Source: Bdellovibrionota bacterium (lineage in GTDB: Bacteria; Bdellovibrionota; UBA1018; UBA923). Taken from it: a DNA stretch of 41,437 nt. Each line of letters begins with the position of its first letter. Position 1 is the stretch's first letter. The DNA is taken from the NCBI GenBank assembly GCA_040754655.1, contig JBFMCE010000027.1, positions 1 through 41,437 on the forward strand, given 5' to 3'. The notes under the pieces were generated by a model. That model was given only the letters and a program-made list of their open reading frames with translations, did not search any database and was not told the origin of the DNA. The position numbers and the translations under genes were made by a program. Positions 35,559 to 41,437 of the stretch are shown in pieces.

Positions 35559-36593
35559 ATGGAAGCTTTATTAGCGCGTATTTGTGCCCCGATTTTGCTG
35601 CTTGCGATTTGCCTGTCGAGTTCGAACGCCGACGCAAATGGGATGAATGGAATCGACCCTTTGACTTCCCTGGCTTTTGGCTCCTGCAACAAGCAGAAGA
35701 AAAGCCAATCCTACTGGAGCGTCATCGCTGAAAAAAAACCACAACTTTGGATTTGGGGAGGTGACAATATCTACGCTGATTTCTACACGCTAAACATGCG
35801 CCGAGCAGAGTACCTTCGCTTGAAGGAAAATCCGCATTACAAAAGTTTTCGAGGGCGGGTTCCCGTCATCGGCACCTGGGATGATCATGACTACGCCTAT
35901 AACAACGCGGGCAAGGGATACCGCTCTAAAGCAGAAAGCCAGAAGCTTTTCCTGGATTTTCTTGATGAACCATTTGAGAGCCCGAGACGAAGCCAAAAGG
36001 GCGTTTACGCCTCTTATAGCTACGGAGCGGGATCGCGCGCGGTTAAGATTATTCTGTTAGATGAGCGGTATTTTAGGGAAAAGCCTTCAGAAAGCGCTGA
36101 TGTGCTTGGAGGGACGCAGTGGACTTGGTTCGAAGAGCAAATGACGAACAATGAAGCCGGCGTCACGTTGATTGTTTCCAGCTCGCAGGTGATTCCCATC
36201 GATCACTTCGGCGATTCTTGGGGGCAATATCCCAAAGCGCGCGCCAGATTCCTTGAGATTATTGAACGGTATCCAGGGCAGGTGGTGATCTTAAGCGGGG
36301 ATCGACACCATGCGGAGCTTTCATTGCATGAGTTCAAAGATGGAAGAAGGCTCTACGAACTCACCGCAAGCGGGTTGAATCGGCCGGGCAGGGATGATCA
36401 AAGCCCGAATCGTTACAGAGTAGGGGAGAGGCGGCGGGAACTCAATTTCGGGATGCTCCGTTTTGATTGGAAGGCAGATACTGTCGATATTCACCTTGAG
36501 GTCTGGAGCATGGAGAATAAAAAAGTTTTAAACCACTTGATTGACGGGGTGAAACTCGGTCACTTGCATCAGCCAGCCTATGTTTCTCGTTAG
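35559..36593 (+). CDS. phoD: Alkaline phosphatase D family protein
   Basis: AFGSC, WGGDNIYAD, TWDDHD, LDERYFR and LSGDRH; GGAG before ATG 35559 and a Sec-type signal peptide. Confidence 0.88.
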   Translation: MEALLARICAPILLLAICLSSSNADANGMNGIDPLTSLAFGSCNKQKKSQSYWSVIAEKKPQLWIWGGDNIYADFYTLNMRRAEYLRLKENPHYKSFRGRVPVIGTWDDHDYAYNNAGKGYRSKAESQKLFLDFLDEPFESPRRSQKGVYASYSYGAGSRAVKIILLDERYFREKPSESADVLGGTQWTWFEEQMTNNEAGVTLIVSSSQVIPIDHFGDSWGQYPKARARFLEIIERYPGQVVILSGDRHHAELSLHEFKDGRRLYELTASGLNRPGRDDQSPNRYRVGERRRELNFGMLRFDWKADTVDIHLEVWSMENKKVLNHLIDGVKLGHLHQPAYVSR

Positions 36594-37450
36594 GCGGCTT
36601 TCCGAAGCGCGGAAACCCTTTCGATTCTTCTGAGAACCCGCCTTACGTCGAAAGATTTCAGGTCAAGCTCCGGAGTGACCTCGTTCCAAGACAGGGGTGT
36701 CGAGACGGTTGCTTCCGGAACGATTCGCACCACGAACGGAGGCACGGCATGGTGACCCTTGGCGTTCTGCAAAAGATCGATGTAAACCTTTTTCCCTCGA
36801 TTTTGCTTGAGGCGCTCTAGAGTCGCGATTGTTCGGTGGCGTCGTAAGACTTGCTTTGCGATGCTCGTGGCCCATTTGCGCGACTCATCGTAACCGGAGG
36901 ATTCCTCCCACGGCACCGTGACATGCAAGCCCGTTCTTCCTGAAGTCTTGACGCTGGGATTGATTCCCAAGCTTGTGAGGACCGAATGAAACTCTTGAGC
37001 TATGGTAATCAATTCTTTGAAAGAAGCCGCGCCGGGATCAAGGTCAAACAAGACAAAGTCGGGGCAATCCAGGCTTCCTACACGTGACAACCAGGCATGA
37101 AAGGTGATGGTCCCCTGGTTTACGAGATAGAGCAGCGTCTTTGCATCATCAATCAAGACATAATCAACCGCCTTGCCTTGAGTGGTCGCAAGCGTGACGC
37201 GAGGGATCCAATGGGGATAATTTCTTGGGGTGTTTTTCTGCCAAAAGCGCGGTGACGATCTGGTTTTCAACCCTTCAGGGGCCCTTTCCAGTGTGATCGG
37301 CCGTCCTTTAAGGCAAGGGAGCAGCTGTCGCGAAACGGCGAGATAGTATTCAAGGAGGTGCTTCTTAGTCATCCCCGCCTTCGGAAACAGCAGTTTTTCA
37401 GTGTGGGTGAAATGGAGCTGCTTTTCAAGCGGGTGAATGCTTCTTGTCAT
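36590..37450 (-). CDS. Stand-alone LigD polymerase (AEP primase-polymerase) domain protein
   Basis: RPITLERAPEG, FWQKN, FDLDPG, KTSGRTGLHV, KVYIDLLQN and VSTPLSWNE. Confidence 0.9.
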   Translation of the reverse strand: MTRSIHPLEKQLHFTHTEKLLFPKAGMTKKHLLEYYLAVSRQLLPCLKGRPITLERAPEGLKTRSSPRFWQKNTPRNYPHWIPRVTLATTQGKAVDYVLIDDAKTLLYLVNQGTITFHAWLSRVGSLDCPDFVLFDLDPGAASFKELITIAQEFHSVLTSLGINPSVKTSGRTGLHVTVPWEESSGYDESRKWATSIAKQVLRRHRTIATLERLKQNRGKKVYIDLLQNAKGHHAVPPFVVRIVPEATVSTPLSWNEVTPELDLKSFDVRRVLRRIERVSALRKAA

Positions 37451-37486
37451 AAATAAGAAATATTGTTCAAAATCCGTTCCAGCAGA

Positions 37487-40009
37487 TCAAACAGTATTCG
37501 AGCGCATTAAAAAAGCCTGCCTGTCCGTCTTAAGGGCAGGAAGCAGAATCCTGAAAGTCGTGCCTACGCCAACCTCCGAGTGAAGGTCTATTTTTCCGTT
37601 GAGCGCTTCAACCATCTGGTTGACCAACGTCAGCCCCAATCCTACGCCCGGCGTGTTCTTTCGGCGAATGGGTTCGAGTTGCTCGAAGGGCTCAAAAATT
37701 CGGTATTGATCTTCAGCGCGGATCCCTTGACCGGTGTCGCTCACGCTGATGACGTGTGCGCCCAGTTCGTGGGTTATCCTAATTTCAATCCAACCTTTTT
37801 GGGTGAACTTGATCGCGTTTGCCACGAGGTTGCTCAATATTAGCCGCACAAGCCGCGTATCGCTGATGAGAGCAGGCAGTTCCGGGGCTATCCGAACCTT
37901 CAATTCGAGGTTCTTGCTTTTTGCCTGGGCATCGAAGTCTTGCGACGTTTCTTGAACGAGTCGAGCGAGATTCACTTCCTCCGGGGTCATCGGGATTTGC
38001 CCGCTTTCCACGCGAGTGTATTCGAGAAGCCCGTCGACCAAGTCTGCAAGCGCCTTCGACGACCGCTGTGCTCGCTCAATGAATTTCGAGAATTCAGGCG
38101 AAACAACCTCCGCCCTATGCTTGTCGATGACATCCAGGCTCATGTTCACCGTCGTGAGAGGTGTCTTCAATTCATGCGATACAAGGTTTAAAAAATTGCT
38201 CTTAACGAGGCTTGCTTTTTCTGCGTGTTCTCTCGCGACCTGAGCGGTTTCAAGCGCAAGCTCCAACTCATGTTTTTTCAACGTCACCTCTTTCGCGAGT
38301 GTCTCGATGTTCTCAGATCGGACGGCGATTTCCCTTTCAAGCAGCTCACGAACTCTCTTCATTTCGATCAAATTCTTGGCGCGCGTCTTTAGTTCCTCTC
38401 GAGAGAAGGGTTTTACGAGGTATTCCTGGGCTCCGTTCTTTAGAAGCTTGATTCGAAGGGCGTCATCGGCTTTCGCGGACAAAAGCATGATCGGTATCTT
38501 GTCGAGTTCCTGATGCGCACGTACCTGGCTTACCAACTCGTCTCCGCTCATCTCTGGCATCATGATGTCAGTCATGATTAGGTCGGGATGCAACGCGAGG
38601 GCCTTCGCAAATCCCTCTTTTCCATTTGAAGCTAAGAAGACGTTGAAGTCTGAAGAAAGCGTTTCATCGACAAAGCGGCTCATCTCTGGGTTGTCTTCGC
38701 AAACCAAAATGGAAGGCCGTTCAGCGATGTAGGGCGATGCTGACGCCAGTGATTGGGTTAACGAAGTTTGAAGTTCAGCAAGAGTTCCTACGATCAATTG
38801 CCCTGGCTCCAATTCTGAGTCCGCAGATTCTAAGCTCACTTTTTCAGCCGGCTTCAAGGGGAGCTCTACGATGAAACAAGCCCCGCCGAGTTTGCTGTTG
38901 TCTACGCTGACGTTGCCTCCATGCAATTCAGAGAACTCTTTCACGATGGAAAGGCCAAGCCCAGTCCCGCCGACCTTCCGCGTCGAGCCTTGATCGGCCT
39001 GACGAAATCTTTCGAAGATGATTTTCCGATGTTCAGGGCGAACGCCCGGTCCGCTATCCTCGATCTTGAAGATGACGTTGTTTTGGGTTTGTTCCAGGGA
39101 ACAACGCACGACCCCGCCGGTCGGAACGTACTTGATCGCGTTTGACAAAAGGTTCATCAGAATGCGCTGAAGTTTTTCGGCGTCCACGATTCCCAGCAGG
39201 GTATCCGGGGTTCCCAGTTTCAGGGTGATTTGCCGCATTTTCATGACGTCTTCAAAATGAGCCACGGTAATCTTGACGAGCTTGGCGAGATCGATCCGCG
39301 AGTAGCGGAGCGACATCTTTCCGGCTTCAAGTTTAGAAACATCGAGGAGGTCATTGACGTGCTTGAGAAGCGTCCTTGCATTTCGATTTACCGTTTCAAG
39401 GCTTTTCTTCTCGTGCGGCGATAACTGGGCTGAGGCGAGCACTGACTCCGTAGGGCCCAGGATGAGCGCTAGTGGTGTTCGAAGCTCATGGCTGATATTG
39501 GCGAAAAATTGGGTTCTGAGCTCGTCGATGTCCTTTAGCTTTGTATTCAAGACCTCAAGTTCTTTATTGGCCGTCTCAAGCTGAATGCGGCGTAGTTCCG
39601 ATAACCTCGCAGTATTCGTCAGCTCAATGATCTTGGGCTTGATCGGAAACATCATGATGGCCGTTGCGATCGACGCCGCGGCGGTGAATGCCTTGATCAC
39701 GCCCGACCACCAGTAATCAGGGTTCCAAAGCGTCCATACTTCCATGAAGTGCGTGAGCCCGCAAAAACCTATGAATGCGCCGAAAGCCAGGAACATCCCC
39801 GAAAAAGGCAGTTTTATTTTTCTGACAAGCGCGTAGAGGCTGAGCGAGATCGATACGTAAGCCAAGCCGATGATGGTGTCGGTCGAAAAGTGAAGCCATA
39901 CCAGATGAGGTTTCCACAAATAGCAGTGCCCATGCGGCATGAAGCCTTCTGTTGAAAACAACGAACCCAGAGTCTGTGCGGGATGGTTAAGGTGCTGAGA
40001 GTGGTCCAT
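37487..40009 (-). CDS. Hybrid sensor kinase: ethylene-receptor-like TM domain, HK, REC, second HK
   Basis: FMPHGHC…DTIIGLAYVSI…FGAFIGFCGLTH; H-boxes ISHELRTPL and VSHELKTPL; REC DIMMPEMSG. Confidence 0.88.
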   Translation of the reverse strand: MDHSQHLNHPAQTLGSLFSTEGFMPHGHCYLWKPHLVWLHFSTDTIIGLAYVSISLSLYALVRKIKLPFSGMFLAFGAFIGFCGLTHFMEVWTLWNPDYWWSGVIKAFTAAASIATAIMMFPIKPKIIELTNTARLSELRRIQLETANKELEVLNTKLKDIDELRTQFFANISHELRTPLALILGPTESVLASAQLSPHEKKSLETVNRNARTLLKHVNDLLDVSKLEAGKMSLRYSRIDLAKLVKITVAHFEDVMKMRQITLKLGTPDTLLGIVDAEKLQRILMNLLSNAIKYVPTGGVVRCSLEQTQNNVIFKIEDSGPGVRPEHRKIIFERFRQADQGSTRKVGGTGLGLSIVKEFSELHGGNVSVDNSKLGGACFIVELPLKPAEKVSLESADSELEPGQLIVGTLAELQTSLTQSLASASPYIAERPSILVCEDNPEMSRFVDETLSSDFNVFLASNGKEGFAKALALHPDLIMTDIMMPEMSGDELVSQVRAHQELDKIPIMLLSAKADDALRIKLLKNGAQEYLVKPFSREELKTRAKNLIEMKRVRELLEREIAVRSENIETLAKEVTLKKHELELALETAQVAREHAEKASLVKSNFLNLVSHELKTPLTTVNMSLDVIDKHRAEVVSPEFSKFIERAQRSSKALADLVDGLLEYTRVESGQIPMTPEEVNLARLVQETSQDFDAQAKSKNLELKVRIAPELPALISDTRLVRLILSNLVANAIKFTQKGWIEIRITHELGAHVISVSDTGQGIRAEDQYRIFEPFEQLEPIRRKNTPGVGLGLTLVNQMVEALNGKIDLHSEVGVGTTFRILLPALKTDRQAFLMRSNTV

Positions 40010-40125
40010 AGCAGCCCTTATAACAAAGAAACCTGGAATAGAAGCTCGCGATTGCTTATTGCGTCGGTTTTAAAAAAACAGAGCGGTCGGTTCTTGTGTG
40101 GCATTTCCCGGGGTGTTACTGAAGT

Positions 40126-40953
40126 ATGATGCTCCCTCACTTCGACTGCGAGACTCGTCTGTGCATTTCACTGGCTGCGCGTCCTAGCAGCTTCGGGACT
40201 CGTTTCCACAATTTCCTCTATCGCGAGTTGGGATTGAACTTTGTCTACAAGGCTTGTAGCCCCAGAGAGCTCAAAGCGGCGGTAGAAGGCATTCGTGCGC
40301 TGGGCATCCGAGGAAGCGCTGTTTCAATGCCTTTCAAGGAAGCGGTGATTGAACTTCTTGATGAGATTGATCCTGAGGCAAAAGCCATTGGAGCGGTGAA
40401 CACCATCGTAAATGACCAGGGAAAGCTCAAGGGCTATAATACGGATGTTTCGGCGGTGCGTGCTCTGCTTCGTAGGCATGCATCGTTAGCTCACATGAAG
40501 GTCGCGCTTTTGGGAAGCGGAGGGATGGCCAAAGCGGTGGCGTTTGGTCTTCGTGAACAGGCAGTGCGACGGTGCACTGTATTTTCGCGCAATCCTGAAA
40601 CGGGCAAAGCCTTGGCTAGCGCGTATGGTTTTGGGTGGAAGCCCAGAATTGAGCAACCAAATCATGATGTATTGATCAATCTCACTCCGATTGGAATGGG
40701 GCCCAATCCACAGAGGGAAATCCCTTTCAATCGCGCCATGATCTTGAGCTCAAAACTAGTAATCGATGTCGTTGGGAGTCCTCCCGAAACAGAATTGATA
40801 AGATTGGCGCGCTCATTGGGAAAGAGCGTCATCGCGGGGCATGAGTTCACCTCTCTTTCAGGCGCTGAACAGTTCTTCTTGTATACCGGCGTGAGGCCAG
40901 ATCCTGGCAGTGTGGGGCGTGCCGCCGAATTTGCGCGTGCGGATTCTTCGTAG
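40126..40953 (+). CDS. Shikimate 5-dehydrogenase (SdhL-like subfamily)
   Basis: GTRFHNFLY, VSMPFKE, GAVNTI, YNTD and GSGGMAKA. Confidence 0.9.
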   Translation: MMLPHFDCETRLCISLAARPSSFGTRFHNFLYRELGLNFVYKACSPRELKAAVEGIRALGIRGSAVSMPFKEAVIELLDEIDPEAKAIGAVNTIVNDQGKLKGYNTDVSAVRALLRRHASLAHMKVALLGSGGMAKAVAFGLREQAVRRCTVFSRNPETGKALASAYGFGWKPRIEQPNHDVLINLTPIGMGPNPQREIPFNRAMILSSKLVIDVVGSPPETELIRLARSLGKSVIAGHEFTSLSGAEQFFLYTGVRPDPGSVGRAAEFARADSS

Positions 40954-40991
40954 CAGGCCAAGTAGAACCGACCTTTGCAATCCAGATGAGT

Positions 40992-41021
40992 TTGGATTGG
41001 ATTGGATTGAGTTGAGTTGAG
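40992..41021. repeat. Pentamer microsatellite (TTGGA)3(TTGAG)3
   Basis: Read directly; lies between convergent genes. Confidence 0.8.
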
Positions 41022-41026
41022 ATCTT

Positions 41027-41437
41027 CTACGGGCTCAAGTCGCCGCCGCATCTTGCGTTTAAAATGACCGGGTTTCCTCCGAGATGCAGCGGTACGTAGA
41101 GTCCCGGAAAATCTTCTGGCGAAGCATGAGTCTTAGAGATTTTTCTAACCACAGATGCCTTGAAGGGGCCAGCAATGAGCCGGTTGCCGCGTTTATATAC
41201 TGACAGGGAAAGGCTGATCCTTTCATGTTCTGGCCAGCCGATGTTTTTTTCCCTCTCAAGTCTGACTTCAATATCATAAGGCCGAATTTCGTTTGGCGCC
41301 TCTCCTTGATGGGGCTTACTTGTGCCGTCGGCTTGTCTCTGCAGGTATTTGAAGGTCTCTTTAGAAGAGAGATCAAAACGATGACCCTTTAATATTTTGG
41401 CCATTGGAGCGCTTGTTTCGTCTGACCATGCCCTCGT
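41027..41437 (-). CDS. Hypothetical protein, probably 5'-truncated by the window edge
   Basis: The frame stays open upstream of ATG 41404 to the window end. Confidence 0.5.
   Translation of the reverse strand, partial: TRAWSDETSAPMAKILKGHRFDLSSKETFKYLQRQADGTSKPHQGEAPNEIRPYDIEVRLEREKNIGWPEHERISLSLSVYKRGNRLIAGPFKASVVRKISKTHASPEDFPGLYVPLHLGGNPVILNARCGGDLSP

Noticed and set aside
1..41437. CRISPR arrays, tRNA/rRNA, transposases, integrases or prophage
   Set aside because: No spaced direct repeats, RNA gene signatures or mobile-element proteins were seen by eye; the few intergenic gaps are short.

Overview
Bacterial chromosomal window of moderate GC. Gene content points to Bdellovibrionota or a related deltaproteobacteria-like lineage (inference). 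From left to right it holds: a PIN/VapC gene remnant; a 991-aa protein with the layout of an Eco57I/TaqI-type DNA methyltransferase but degenerate SAM-binding and catalytic motifs; a hypothetical-rsmD-coaD-aspC run; a lipoprotein plus outer-membrane beta-barrel pair; and an 11.5-kb minus-strand Agl/Glt gliding-motility-type cluster (vWA lipoprotein, aglR/Q/S-like motor, GltD-, GltF-, GltG-, GltA- and GltC-like). That cluster has no separate gltE, and its two sigma70-like promoters share a GTTA-N8-TAAC palindrome. Next come a divergent GYF-GYF-PilZ/PIN-PhoH pair, a secreted hypothetical behind a palindrome-rich intergenic region, and a tsaC-trhO-degenerate kinase operon. The right part is a stress/accessory region: DUF2231, TrxB-like, recX, PGA hydrolase, CHASE3 kinase, two ferritin-like proteins, htpX, CADD, DedA, PhoD, LigD-Pol, an ethylene-receptor-like double kinase and shikimate dehydrogenase. 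Several of these genes have sigma54 -24/-12 promoters and K-x-A/AA C-termini. No rRNA, tRNA, CRISPR array or transposase was recognised. All family calls come from visual motif recognition, not database searches.
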